From IMG/VR virus record IMGVR_UViG_3300030104_006170: 64,000 bases of DNA; one strand, given 5' to 3'. The translations under genes and the position numbers were made by a program. Source of the DNA: a virus. Its lineage: Duplodnaviria > Caudoviricetes. The notes beneath the pieces are model-generated. The model searched no databases. It saw only the letters and a list, made by a program, of their open reading frames with translations, and was not told where the DNA came from. Numbering within the stretch: position 1 is the first letter of the stretch; each line of letters starts with the position of its first letter. Shown one piece after another: positions 31,601 through 40,079 of the stretch.

Positions 31601-34600
31601 TTACTGTATGAACCTCCCGCTGCATCTATTGTACCCAGATAAGTTCTTCCGGATATTCCAACCACCCCATTAAATCTCGCGTTAGTATTACCAGATATAA
31701 TACCATTTACTACTAGTGTTTGGTTTGTAGTATTTCCATTATTTGTGAAGAATGTTGCACCATGTCCCCCGTCTACTAAATCTAGTTGAAGAACCTTATT
31801 GGTAGTGGTACCACCCCCACCACCTAAAACTGTAAATTCAACATCACCATTATCGTTATTAAAAATAACACTTTGGTCTTGTCCAAACTTTACCGCACCA
31901 CTAGAATGGTCATAGTCTATTACACCCCCAGCTACATTTAGTTTTTGAATTTTAACAGTAGTGGTTGAGTATCCCGAGGTTTGTATTCCGGTCCCAGTTC
32001 CATCTTCTTCCCAGTAAGTAGGTCCAGTAAAACCTGTTAGAGCAGCTGTGGTTATAGATTCTATTTCTCCTGTTGATTGTACTACTAGTATTTTGTCTGA
32101 TGCTGTTGCAGTTGCTGTATCTACACTACCTAAGAATGTTCTACCTGATACCCCTAAATTACCCCCAAATCTTGCATCTGTAACACCAGATAATACACCA
32201 TTTATATTTGTATTACCACTAACACCTAAACTATCGGTTAGTATGGTAGAACCTGAAACATGGAGTCTTGCTCTTATAGTTTCAGTAGCAGTACCAATTC
32301 CAACATTACCAGTACCCATAACTGTTATTTTCTCATCTGCTGTGGTATACCCCCCCAACGTGAACCCCATACGTGTAGCATCATTACCATAAGAGTTCCC
32401 AAAAATACTACGTTGTTGACCTGCGTTACTGTGTCCTATACCAGTTCTACCCGCGATTCTTACTTGTAGTGCATCCGCTCCCGATAGACCACCATCTACA
32501 TCAATAGCTACTGTTGGGTTAATAGTACCTACCCCGAACATTTGGTTTGCAGCAAAATTAACTATTGTATCCCCGTCTTTATTTTTTAAATTTAACCCAT
32601 AAAATGAACCACTAGATTCTGACTCAAATGTATAGTCTTGATGTGGGTTTGAGTTGGAGTGAAATTTTAAGAAGTGTCCATTATCTTCTCTATCTATTGT
32701 TAGTGGATAACCTGTACCGGTACCACCACTTAATAAAATATTTGTACTTCCAGATGGAGATATACTAAGACTATCTGTATTGGATGACCAGTAATTTTCA
32801 GTAAACCCAGTAAGTTGTGCTTTGGTAATAGATTCTATTTCACCAGTTGATTGTACTACAAGTATCTTGTCTGTACTTGTAGGTGTAGGTGAAGCTGCAT
32901 CTACAGTACCTAAGAAGGTTCTTCCAGATATTCCTAATGTACTTGCTATATGTTGAGTGTTGGCAGATACTATATTACTATATGTTACCCCAGTAACTCC
33001 TAGATTAGTTTTGATAGAAGTTTCACCACTTATTTTTACATCACCATTAACATCTAATTTTACTGTAGGTGTTTCTGTTCCTATACCAACTCTATGAGTA
33101 GAAGCATCAGTAAATAATATAGTACTAGAACCACCTTTAATGGTTAAATCTACATCATTATTACCATTATTGAATATAATATCATGTGGAGCAGAAGAAG
33201 CGTCATTTAAATCTAGATATGATATGCCACCAATATTAAATAAAAGTCTATCATCATAAAATTCAAGATAAGTATTAGGGTCACCATTATGTTTAATGTA
33301 TTGACTAACATATAAATTTCCATTTATAGTGGTATCACCGCTCACCCCTAATTGACCCGTCACATCAACATTAACAGTACCACCTGATGGTTTTATTCCG
33401 GTTCCACTACCATTTCCTATCCAGTAATCTGAGGTAAATGCTGTAAGAGCACCTGTGGTTATACTTTCAATTTCTCCTGTTGATTGTACAACTAAGATTT
33501 TGTCTGATGCTGTTGCCGTTGCTGTATCTACACTTCCTAAGAATGTTTTACCTGATACACCTAATGTACTTGCTATATGTTGAGTGTTGGCAGATACTAT
33601 ATTACTGTAGGTTACTCCGGTAACACCTAAGTTACCTTGATTAAGTGTGCTGCCTGATACATTAATACCGGTAGATGTAGTTTCAAGTTTTTGAGCGTCA
33701 TCATAATAAAAAGCCTGTTCACTACCGGAGTTGAAGATTGCCGATGTTTTACTTCCTGCAGCATTTAAGATTGTAAAGGTACCGGACCTAACTTGTACAT
33801 GTCCTGTGCCATTATCTTGTATTATAGAATTACTTCCGTCATGATAGATTTGTAGGTCATTAGCGTCACCTAACATTAGTTTAGCATCATCCACTAATAT
33901 CGTATTACCACTAATGTTTAGAGTTTGTGCTGTAAGTCCACCGTTTAATTTTATATCCGTATTTGTTGTACCCCCTGAAGGAGTTATGCTGGTTCCGTCA
34001 GTATTACCAGTCCAATAATCGTTATCACCAATATCTGCTTTTAATTCAGCTGTAGTTAGATATTCTATTTCACCGTCACCTTGAGCTACAAGTATTTTAT
34101 CTGCCGAATAACTCCCTCCTGCTGCATCTATAGTTCCGAGATAAGTCTTACCAGACACACCCAACTCATTTTTAACTAGGGTATTACCTGACACGTTAAT
34201 TCCACTTGATGTTGTTTCAAATTTCTTTGTACCGGAATAATATAAGGAAACGGCACCCGAAGCTACTCCTCTAAAAAGATAACTGGTAGCACTACCATCC
34301 GTAAAATCTAATGTATTACCTTCAACCTGTAATGTACTACTCCCAACCGCTATCCTTCCACCACTACTATTAGCATAAACCTCTAAATCATTGTCAGCAC
34401 CTAACATTATTTTATCATTATCACCTAAACTGGTATTACCACTAATACTTAAGGTTTGTGCTGTTAGACCCCCATTTAATTTTATATCTGTATTTGTTGT
34501 ACCACCGGAAGGTGTTATACTAGTACCATCTGTATTACCAGTCCAATAATCAGCATCTGCAATATCTGCTTTTAATTCAGCTGTAGTTAGATATTCTATT

Positions 34601-36183
34601 TCACCATCACCCTGTGCTACCAATATTTTATCTGCGGAGTAACTACCTCCTGCTGCATCTATTGTACCTAGATAGGTCCTACCTGACACCCCTAATTCAT
34701 TCTTGATTAACGTATTTCCTGAAACATTAACACCAGCTGATGTAGTTTCAAACTTTTTAACATTATCGTAGTAAATTTCAACTGCTCCATCGGCAATACC
34801 CTTCACCATAAGTTCTGTACTACTATCCTTAGAAATTATAACATTATTGTCACTTTGTAGGTATAGGCTTCCGGTTCCTGTTTCTCTTACTATTGAGTGA
34901 CTTCCATTGTGAAATATCTTTAGGTCAGCATTATTACCAAATCCTGCATAGTTAGCACTAACACTACCATCACCCAGTAATATACTTCCACCAAAAGTTG
35001 AATTACCGGTTACTCCTAGTACACCTGTTACATCTACATTAGTTGTGGTACCTGACGGTTTTATTCCGGTACCTGAACCATTACCTACCCAATAGTCCGA
35101 TGTAAATGCTGTAAGAGCACCTGTGGTTATACTTTCAATTTCTCCGGTGGATTGTACAACTAAGATTTTGTCTGATGCTGTTGCCGTTGCTGTATCTACA
35201 CTACCTAAATAAGTTTTTCCAGATATTCCTAGTGTGTTTGCTATATGTTGTGTGTTTGCCGATACTACATTACTGTAAGTTATCCCACTAACTCCTAAGT
35301 TACCCTGATTAAGTGTACTACCTGATATATTAATACCGGTTGATGTTGTTTCTAATTTTTTATTACCGGCATGATATAAACTAACATTAAATGCTTCAGA
35401 ATCAGTTTTTAGAAGAATATCATTATTTCTATCCATAGCCCTGAAGTTAATTCTATTACTACCACCATTAATTGTAGCAGTAAAAGGAGCACTATTATCA
35501 TCATGAACCGCAAAGAATGTCATACCACCTGCATCAAGTGAAATCTTATTATCAGTAAAGCGGATTGCTGTGTTATCATCACCTTTATGTTTGATATATT
35601 CAGTAACGAATAAGTCTCCATTTATAATGGTGTCTCCAGTTACACCTAAAAGACCCGGTAGATTAACATTAGTTGTTGTATTTGAACCAGAAGTTGTGAT
35701 ACTAGTACCATCACTACTGCCTGACCAATAGGAGGCAAAATCATCAAAACCACTTACGGTAAAAGTACCTCCAGAAGAATTGGTAAATGTAACAACTCCA
35801 GTTGCTTGATTTAACGTACCTCCCGTAACAAAAGCGTCGTTAAATAATAGTGCACTATTTGTTACGGTAAATGTACCACCAGTACTATTTGTAAAATTAA
35901 GTGTAGAATTAGCTCCATTTGCCGTACCACCAGTCACATAAACACCCGTCCCACCTGAACTGGTACTACCACTAGAACCCCCAGAAAGACAGTTATTATA
36001 AAGTTGGGTTACGTAATCGGAAAATACTTTATCTTTTGGGCAGGAATTGTTATAATATTCTGTAAGACTATTAACAAAATCGTCATAGGTTTGTGAGGGG
36101 ACCGTATAACAACATAATGGTTCCCATACATCACCGTAGTAATTAAGTATAGTTCCGTAATCTAATGTAAGACATTCTGACAT
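25651..36183 (-). CDS. 3510-aa giant tail fibre with C-terminal peptidase S74 intramolecular chaperone
   Basis: SSDKRWKENI...IGVIAQE...VRYEKIVPLLIESIKEL (S74); YadA-head-like NTAIGY repeats; many internal repeated modules. Confidence 0.88.
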   Translation of the reverse strand: MSECLTLDYGTILNYYGDVWEPLCCYTVPSQTYDDFVNSLTEYYNNSCPKDKVFSDYVTQLYNNCLSGGSSGSTSSGGTGVYVTGGTANGANSTLNFTNSTGGTFTVTNSALLFNDAFVTGGTLNQATGVVTFTNSSGGTFTVSGFDDFASYWSGSSDGTSITTSGSNTTTNVNLPGLLGVTGDTIINGDLFVTEYIKHKGDDNTAIRFTDNKISLDAGGMTFFAVHDDNSAPFTATINGGSNRINFRAMDRNNDILLKTDSEAFNVSLYHAGNKKLETTSTGINISGSTLNQGNLGVSGITYSNVVSANTQHIANTLGISGKTYLGSVDTATATASDKILVVQSTGEIESITTGALTAFTSDYWVGNGSGTGIKPSGTTTNVDVTGVLGVTGNSTFGGSILLGDGSVSANYAGFGNNADLKIFHNGSHSIVRETGTGSLYLQSDNNVIISKDSSTELMVKGIADGAVEIYYDNVKKFETTSAGVNVSGNTLIKNELGVSGRTYLGTIDAAGGSYSADKILVAQGDGEIEYLTTAELKADIADADYWTGNTDGTSITPSGGTTNTDIKLNGGLTAQTLSISGNTSLGDNDKIMLGADNDLEVYANSSGGRIAVGSSTLQVEGNTLDFTDGSATSYLFRGVASGAVSLYYSGTKKFETTSSGINVSGNTLVKNELGVSGKTYLGTIDAAGGSYSADKILVAQGDGEIEYLTTAELKADIGDNDYWTGNTDGTSITPSGGTTNTDIKLNGGLTAQTLNISGNTILVDDAKLMLGDANDLQIYHDGSNSIIQDNGTGHVQVRSGTFTILNAAGSKTSAIFNSGSEQAFYYDDAQKLETTSTGINVSGSTLNQGNLGVTGVTYSNIVSANTQHIASTLGVSGKTFLGSVDTATATASDKILVVQSTGEIESITTGALTAFTSDYWIGNGSGTGIKPSGGTVNVDVTGQLGVSGDTTINGNLYVSQYIKHNGDPNTYLEFYDDRLLFNIGGISYLDLNDASSAPHDIIFNNGNNDVDLTIKGGSSTILFTDASTHRVGIGTETPTVKLDVNGDVKISGETSIKTNLGVTGVTYSNIVSANTQHIASTLGISGRTFLGTVDAASPTPTSTDKILVVQSTGEIESITKAQLTGFTENYWSSNTDSLSISPSGSTNILLSGGTGTGYPLTIDREDNGHFLKFHSNSNPHQDYTFESESSGSFYGLNLKNKDGDTIVNFAANQMFGVGTINPTVAIDVDGGLSGADALQVRIAGRTGIGHSNAGQQRSIFGNSYGNDATRMGFTLGGYTTADEKITVMGTGNVGIGTATETIRARLHVSGSTILTDSLGVSGNTNINGVLSGVTDARFGGNLGVSGRTFLGSVDTATATASDKILVVQSTGEIESITTAALTGFTGPTYWEEDGTGTGIQTSGYSTTTVKIQKLNVAGGVIDYDHSSGAVKFGQDQSVIFNNDNGDVEFTVLGGGGGTTTNKVLQLDLVDGGHGATFFTNNGNTTNQTLVVNGIISGNTNARFNGVVGISGRTYLGTIDAAGGSYSNDKILVAQSNGEVEYLTTAQLKADIGDNDYWTGNTDGTSITPSGGTTNTDIKLNGGLTAQTLNVSGNTILGDNDKIMLGDANDLKIYHDGTDNHIESTGDLNIDTTGSGDIILDAVGEIKFETADGDIRGDASNYFFSSSVSGRPRFYLLNTNTDANGAEFVFDKTSVAGADGDDIGKIKWDAEDDAGTGPHTYGQILGEIAASAGGQAGGKLSLQIASHDGDLENGLILQEGNVDGEVDVTVGNGTNSITTITGNLKVTGDTFNKGNLGVTGNTYVKGNTFIDGTLSAMGNTTLTGTLDLNSVAAITPTPTSTEVILVKDTSGVVKSITKAQLTGITEGLYWEEDGTGTGIKPSGATTNIKLGGGLTAQTLNISGNTILGDNDKIMLGADNDLEIYSDSTNGRIAAGSGVLQIEADTLDFTDGAATEYYIRCVANGSVSLYHDANKKFETTPSGINISGNTLVKNELGVSGKTYLGDIGAAGGSYSADKILVAQGDGEIEYLTTAQLKADIGDNDYWVGNGSGTGVKPSGTTTNVDVTGVLGVSGKTNISGDLTTHDIFIDEGDKVYFDGTDGSPNTYINKNGTGLNLVVNGDQKLYLTPTTTTLLDNNVIIKGGNVNISGNTFNKGNLGVTGNTYVKGNTFIDGTLSAMGNTTLSGTLDLNSVAAITPTPTSTEVILVKDTAGVVKSITKAQLTGVTSDYWVGNGSGTGIKPSGGTVNVDVTGQLGVSGDTTISGDLFVAEYIKHAGDSDTFIQFADDSIGINAGNEQLITISESPTFVKIGDGGDVDFQVRTNSDDNTLYVEGSTDNVGIGTNTPTVKLDVNGSVRITGDTFTKGNLGVTGNTYVKGNTYIDGTLSAMGNTTITGDLDVDGTSNLDNTDIDGTLVVDGTNISLDSTSTLNIDNSNTTNGITIGTATSAVPISIGHTTSETTINDNLTVTGTLDLDSVAAITPTPTSTEVILVKDSSGVVKSITKAQLTGVTEGLYWVEDGVGTGIKPSGATTNITIGGDITANGNIIGDDNTDITNISTIKLDRIEHDGDDDTKITFTDDDINITVGNVNMLDFTEDTNNEITFNETGVDIDVRMEGNTDQNLFFLDAGNDKIAIGTDTVSSSLLTVDGSIQAGSAGFIVGNATLTSAELDISSGNFTLDVEGDITLDANGADIILSDDGTDFGRFKRDASHFIIKAEANNKDIIFRGQDAASTIDALLLDMSEAGSATFNRDVNVSGVTSGRTDARFGGDLSVTGRTFLGTVDTATATASDKILVVQSNGEIESITTAALTGFTSDYWVGNGTGTGIKPSGTTTNVDVIGQLGVSGETLFNGKVTGNGDFKIENLIVFETASTSANTYIGYQAGNPGQNTTQHQYNTAIGYQALYSQQGGQDVDGNTAIGYKSLYSITTGEWNTGIGESALRYTTTQNGNTAIGKSALGNSVATSGQFNVVVGYLAGYNVNGTGNLFFGIGTGAGNNSGSNTGGDNVGMGNYSVGGGSSAGVGTLTSGDRNLGVGSNALGNLTSGNDNIGIGSQAGDAITSGDFNIVIGPGQDVPSATGDYQMNIGGIIHGKDLQMSTGEIQISGNTILTNDLGVSGDTNINGTLSAMGNTTIGGTLDLDSVATTTPTPTSAERILVKQTSGVVESITKAQLTGLTDFSSVATYWQGNGSGTGIKPSGTTTNVDVTGVLGVSGKTNITGDLDVDGTSNLDAVDIDGNVQLDGTFTVGVDDTGYDVKFFGATSGKYMLWDEDQDSLDVKGVLNLEGGTTAAAPTPQLHFGNYYDSSGGPSISHIDLYNGDYGFGISVGDLDYISDIRHRFYSDTSAAADGTPALQIDGENNQVGVNMASASYSLDVTGDIRINSGALGVGVNPNGTDGRIDASNDVVAYSSSDKRWKENIQPIENALDKVSQISGVEFDWKKLTKEEKKTQHGNEGHDIGVIAQEIEKVLPEIVTTRENGYKGVRYEKIVPLLIESIKELKAEIEELKNK
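33436..35202 (-). repeat. direct repeats inside the fibre gene: ~100 bp near-identical at 33436-33534 and 35104-35202 (1668-bp offset), plus a 531-bp tandem unit (~33905-34756)
   Basis: aaatgctgtaagagcacctgtggttatactttcaatttctcc and gattgtacaactaagattttgtctgatgctgttgccgttgctgtatctacact each occur twice. Confidence 0.8.
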
Positions 36184-36303
36184 AATTTAAATTTCTTCTA
36201 TACATAAATATCTATTAGTTGTATATTTATTAATAAAGTAAAAAGCTTGAATATTCACTTTATCTTTTAAAAAAAGGATTATATAATTAATAAAAACAAA
36301 ACA

Positions 36304-36528
36304 ATGTTATTAAACAAAGACTTACCTCACAATTTAACAACAGAACGTATAGAGATTACTTTCTGTGGGAAAGGAAAATGCAAATGTCCATCAATAGATA
36401 TGGACCTAAACCGTGATAAAATTATTATTGGCGGAGAAGATGAAGGTTATACAGAATTTACTAAGGAAGAGTTTGGACTTTTCGTTAATGAAATTAAAGC
36501 TGGTACTTTCGATAAATACATGAAATAA
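36304..36528 (+). CDS. hypothetical protein with CxxxxCxC motif
   Basis: FCGKGKCKCPSI. Confidence 0.55.
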   Translation: MLLNKDLPHNLTTERIEITFCGKGKCKCPSIDMDLNRDKIIIGGEDEGYTEFTKEEFGLFVNEIKAGTFDKYMK

Positions 36529-36529
36529 A

Positions 36530-36730
36530 ATGGGATGTGGATGTAAAAAGAAAAAATCTCAAGCTGCTGCAGCTCAAACTGCACAAGCTAGGACTATGAA
36601 TCAGCCTGTAAATCCAGGTGAAGCAAATGTTAACGCAGTACAAGAAAATAAAGAATATCAAGGTAAAGTAAGAGACGCTCTTAAACAACTTATGGATATA
36701 AAGAGACGTAAACGAACACCTAAAAGATAA
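36530..36730 (+). CDS. small basic protein starting MGCGCKKK
   Basis: Abutting ORF followed by terminator. Confidence 0.6.
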   Translation: MGCGCKKKKSQAAAAQTAQARTMNQPVNPGEANVNAVQENKEYQGKVRDALKQLMDIKRRKRTPKR

Positions 36731-36750
36731 TAAGTTAAAATAATCAAGAG

Positions 36751-36781
36751 AATAAAGGCACTTAGTAGTGCCTTTATTTTT
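36751..36781. terminator. intrinsic terminator, possibly bidirectional
   Basis: Perfect 12-bp inverted repeat aataaaggcact-tagt-agtgcctttatt plus T-run. Confidence 0.85.
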
Positions 36782-36802
36782 GCCAAATATTTATATAGTG
36801 TA

Positions 36803-37921
36803 ATGAAATTATTTAACAATTTACATAATATTATTTTAGAACAAACTACTCCTTGGTATGTTAAAGTTTTCGAGAGTGAGGACTTTGAATCACTATGGCC
36901 AATAACAAAAATGTTTGGTGGTGATTTATATGAAATTTATAAGGCTTTGGAAAAGATGGGTAAAGGGGAAGATTTTATTAGACATATAAGTTATAACTGG
37001 CCTTGGGATGAACAACCTATGGCCCACGTTATTGACGCTTTAGGGGGTATGAGTAGATGGAGACGGGGAATGTTAGATAATGATTTACTAGACATATACG
37101 TCCATCAACCTTATATAGAGGAAATTTCAAATCTTAGTTATGATAAAGACCGAATTATATTAGAATTATTAGGTGGTGAGGAACACAGGTTATTTGGTGG
37201 TTCAAATTATAATGGTGATGATTGTAGGTATGTTGCTGAACAAATATTCAGTGAAGAAGGTTTGGATTGGGAACCTTATGACGTAGATGAGAAATTAGAG
37301 GATTTAATAGAGATGTTATCATCAGAAAATTATACAGAGTTAGTTCGTCATATAGGAATAGAGTTTCAAAATCAAGAAGTTGATGCGTGGAGAGAAGAGT
37401 TTGATGGAGTTAGAGAGGATAATGGTAAAGTTATTGTAACCCCTCGTTTTATGAATGGTTTTCTTCCGGACAATGAAAGTAAGAGATACAATTTAGCTGT
37501 TCTTATTGGTAATACTCCTGAGTTAGCTGATTTAGAAATTGCGATAAGACATGCTTATAGTAGAGCGTATAATGATGTTATTATCAATCAGTATTATGAG
37601 GAGTATAATGATGCTCTTGAAGAGTTATTGGGTCCATCGATAAAACAAGGTTACACTCCGGTTTATAAGTGGGTTAAAAATCCTGAAACAGGACAAAGAG
37701 AACAGAAAAAACGTGAAGTTTCCTTTAAGTCCTTTGATGTAACTGATTTGGCTAGAACTGTAATAACTAGACATGCACATGATGTAGATAGTCCTGAGGA
37801 TTTTCTGAATCTTCTGGATGAGTATGATTATAATCGTCTTTGTCCTAGTGTAGATGACTACCCTTATGATGAAGAAGAAGTAAAAAATAACTTCCAAGAG
37901 TTCTTGTGGGACTATTTATAA
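36803..37921 (+). CDS. acidic hypothetical protein with I/L-x-E leader
   Basis: MKLFNNLHNIILE|QTTP; TATTTAT at 36788-36794. Confidence 0.65.
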   Translation: MKLFNNLHNIILEQTTPWYVKVFESEDFESLWPITKMFGGDLYEIYKALEKMGKGEDFIRHISYNWPWDEQPMAHVIDALGGMSRWRRGMLDNDLLDIYVHQPYIEEISNLSYDKDRIILELLGGEEHRLFGGSNYNGDDCRYVAEQIFSEEGLDWEPYDVDEKLEDLIEMLSSENYTELVRHIGIEFQNQEVDAWREEFDGVREDNGKVIVTPRFMNGFLPDNESKRYNLAVLIGNTPELADLEIAIRHAYSRAYNDVIINQYYEEYNDALEELLGPSIKQGYTPVYKWVKNPETGQREQKKREVSFKSFDVTDLARTVITRHAHDVDSPEDFLNLLDEYDYNRLCPSVDDYPYDEEEVKNNFQEFLWDYL

Positions 37922-37927
37922 AATAAG

Positions 37928-38017
37928 ATGAAAAACTGGACAGAAAAATCATGGGGTTTACTAGTGATGACTATCCTATCAATAGGTATTATGGTACATG
38001 TAATTTGTACTGTATAA
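37928..38017 (+). CDS. 29-aa single-TM micropeptide
   Basis: Hand-translated MKNWTEKSWGLLVMTILSIGIMVHVICTV; TATTTAT at 37913-37919. Confidence 0.45.
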   Translation: MKNWTEKSWGLLVMTILSIGIMVHVICTV

Positions 38018-38050
38018 GTAATAATAAAATAAAAATTAAAAACTAAAAAG

Positions 38051-38677
38051 ATGGCAAAAAATTGTTACACAAGAGAGCAGATTGAGACTGCTGTAAAGGA
38101 AAAGGGTTACAAATGGTTCGATGATGCGAACAATAAAGGATATGATGTTAATATTGTAGGTGTTAGAAATGCTGATACTGGTGATAGAGTCACTAATAGA
38201 TTTGACGATTGTGTTACTGTATCATATAAAAAGAATGGTGAATGGAAGTTCTTCTGTTTTGAAGCTACTACAGACCCTGGTGATGATTATATGAATGACC
38301 CAATAGTAAAATCAAAAGGATGTGCTATTTTAAAAGAAGGACAATACAGAGGTTCACACAAAATTAGATTACATCAAGGTAAATACCCAGCTTTAGGACA
38401 AAAAAAGAATGTTAAAGTTTATAGAGATAATGATAGAGATGGTAATTATGACAGAAATGAAGCAACCATAGATGAAGGTTTATTTGGAATTAACATTCAT
38501 AGAGCAACATCTAGAGAAGGTAAAACTTCTACTTATGTGGATAAGTGGTCAGCAGGATGTCAAGTAATTGCAAGTAATGATGATTGGAAAAAATTCATGG
38601 CAATATGTGAAAGAGCGAGAGATATTCATGGTAACTCATTCTCCTACACTTTACTGTCTTCACAAGATATTGTTTAA
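38051..38677 (+). CDS. L,D-transpeptidase/YkuD-like cysteine peptidoglycan enzyme (putative lysin)
   Basis: GLFGINIHRA...WSAGCQV = HxnSxGC catalytic motif. Confidence 0.65.
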   Translation: MAKNCYTREQIETAVKEKGYKWFDDANNKGYDVNIVGVRNADTGDRVTNRFDDCVTVSYKKNGEWKFFCFEATTDPGDDYMNDPIVKSKGCAILKEGQYRGSHKIRLHQGKYPALGQKKNVKVYRDNDRDGNYDRNEATIDEGLFGINIHRATSREGKTSTYVDKWSAGCQVIASNDDWKKFMAICERARDIHGNSFSYTLLSSQDIV

Positions 38678-38700
38678 AAAACAAAATATATTTTATTATT

Positions 38701-38729
38701 AAAAGAGGGTTTACCCCTCTTTTTCTTTT
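38701..38729 (+). terminator. intrinsic terminator
   Basis: aaaagaggg-tttac-ccctctttt followed by T-run. Confidence 0.75.
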
Positions 38730-38757
38730 TCGTAATTTTTTATCAAATTAAAAGAAT

Positions 38758-38958
38758 ATGAAAATAGTAACTCACAAATTTCGAATTAAAGAGGACCAGA
38801 TTTGTTACCTGGTTAATCTTGTAGATTATAATGGTCACCCTTTAGAAAGTCAGGTGGCTATGAATAATAAAGAGAAGTCAGAAATAGCCCAAGAACTTGC
38901 TGATAGACATAATGTGGAAACTGTTTTCCATAATTCAGGATTTTCTATTATAGAATAA
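38758..38958 (+). CDS. hypothetical protein
   Basis: ORF track; co-directional operon. Confidence 0.5.
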   Translation: MKIVTHKFRIKEDQICYLVNLVDYNGHPLESQVAMNNKEKSEIAQELADRHNVETVFHNSGFSIIE

Positions 38959-38959
38959 T

Positions 38960-39148
38960 ATGACTAACGAAGAACTACAAGAACAATTATCTTTACTAAA
39001 AACTAAATTAAAAGAAGCTAACGAAAAAAATGATAGTGACCTTATTAATAGGTATGTAAATGAATTAAATGATTTGTGGGGTAAAGCCAGTGTAGAAATG
39101 TTAAAGAATGCTGAAAAAGGTGGATGGTATTCCTCAGACAAATCTTAA
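38960..39148 (+). CDS. hypothetical coiled-coil protein
   Basis: ORF track; abutting. Confidence 0.5.
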   Translation: MTNEELQEQLSLLKTKLKEANEKNDSDLINRYVNELNDLWGKASVEMLKNAEKGGWYSSDKS

Positions 39149-39168
39149 TAATTTATTTATCTAACCCT

Positions 39169-39199
39169 TTGAATTTATAAATTATATTTACTACATTTA
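39169..39199 (+). promoter_or_regulatory. host-sigma-type promoter (TTG-N20-TACATTTA) for clpP
   Basis: Matches Bacteroidetes -33/-7 geometry with one mismatch. Confidence 0.5.
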
Positions 39200-39216
39200 A
39201 CTATAAAAATAAACTT

Positions 39217-39864
39217 ATGACTGAATTTGAAAAATACGTAAAAAGTGACTTTGGTGTTAGCTCTACCACACTTTATGATTACAAGAACTCTATGACTCCT
39301 ATGGTTATAGAAGAAAGAGAAATGAGAGCTGTATCGATGAGTGTATTCGATAGGTTAATGATGGAAAGAATTATATGGTGTGCTGGTCCAGTAAATGATA
39401 GGATGAGTACTATTGTACAAGCTCAATTAATGTTTTTAGATTCTATAGGAATGGATGATATTACATTACATGTGGACACACCTGGTGGTAGTGTAAAATC
39501 TGGACTAGGAATTGTAGATGTAATGGATTATGTAAAATGTGATATAGCTACAGTTAATACGGGTATGGCTGCAAGTATGGGGTCAGTACTTCTAGGAGCT
39601 GGCACTAAAGGTAAAAGGTCTTCATTAAGATTTAGTAAAACCATGTTACATCAAAGTTCTGGTGGTGCTGTGGGTAATATCCAGGACGCTAGAATTAGTA
39701 TGAAAGAATGGGAAAAAACCAACGATATATTGTTCGAACTTTTAGGGGGGTATTGTGATAAAGACCCAAAACAAGTAATGGAAGACTCTACTAGGGATAA
39801 GTGGTTAACTGCTTCAGAATCTCTAGATTATGGTATTATTGATGAGGTTATAGGTTTAAAGTGA
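39217..39864 (+). CDS. clpP: ATP-dependent Clp protease proteolytic subunit
   Basis: SVFDRLMMERII, DTPGGSV, GMAASMGS (Ser), MLHQ (His), RDKWL (Asp). Confidence 0.95.
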   Translation: MTEFEKYVKSDFGVSSTTLYDYKNSMTPMVIEEREMRAVSMSVFDRLMMERIIWCAGPVNDRMSTIVQAQLMFLDSIGMDDITLHVDTPGGSVKSGLGIVDVMDYVKCDIATVNTGMAASMGSVLLGAGTKGKRSSLRFSKTMLHQSSGGAVGNIQDARISMKEWEKTNDILFELLGGYCDKDPKQVMEDSTRDKWLTASESLDYGIIDEVIGLK

Positions 39865-39871
39865 TATTTAT
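39865..39871 (+). promoter_or_regulatory. TATTTAT putative late promoter of bS21 (representative of ~17 copies in the window)
   Basis: Same 7-mer lies 5-20 nt upstream of many gene starts on both strands. Confidence 0.6.
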
Positions 39872-39890
39872 TAACCATGAAAACTAATAT

Positions 39891-40079
39891 ATGCTAATAG
39901 TAGAAGTAAAAAAAGGAAATGTGGACCGTGCTCTAAAAATAATGAGGAGAAAAGTTAAACTAACTAAACAACTTTTCAAATTACGTAATGGAAAACATTT
40001 TACCAAAAAATCTCAAAGAAAAAGATTACAATTACAAAAAGCTAGATATCGTCAACAATATTTAGATGATTTAGATTAA
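39891..40079 (+). CDS. rpsU: phage-encoded 30S ribosomal protein bS21 (Bacteroidetes type)
   Basis: MLIVEVKKGNVDRALK..RRK......LR...HFTKKS..KR....KA; 62 aa, basic. Confidence 0.88.
   Translation: MLIVEVKKGNVDRALKIMRRKVKLTKQLFKLRNGKHFTKKSQRKRLQLQKARYRQQYLDDLD

Noticed and set aside
25651-36183. Near-identical repeats in the fibre gene as a DGR template/variable pair
   Set aside because: Differences are not adenine-specific, both copies are coding, and no reverse transcriptase lies in the window.
36803-37921. Possible shared domain between 36803..37921 and the acidic part of 60529..62154
   Set aside because: Similarity (D...I.....F....DD..Y) is too weak to support without an HMM alignment.
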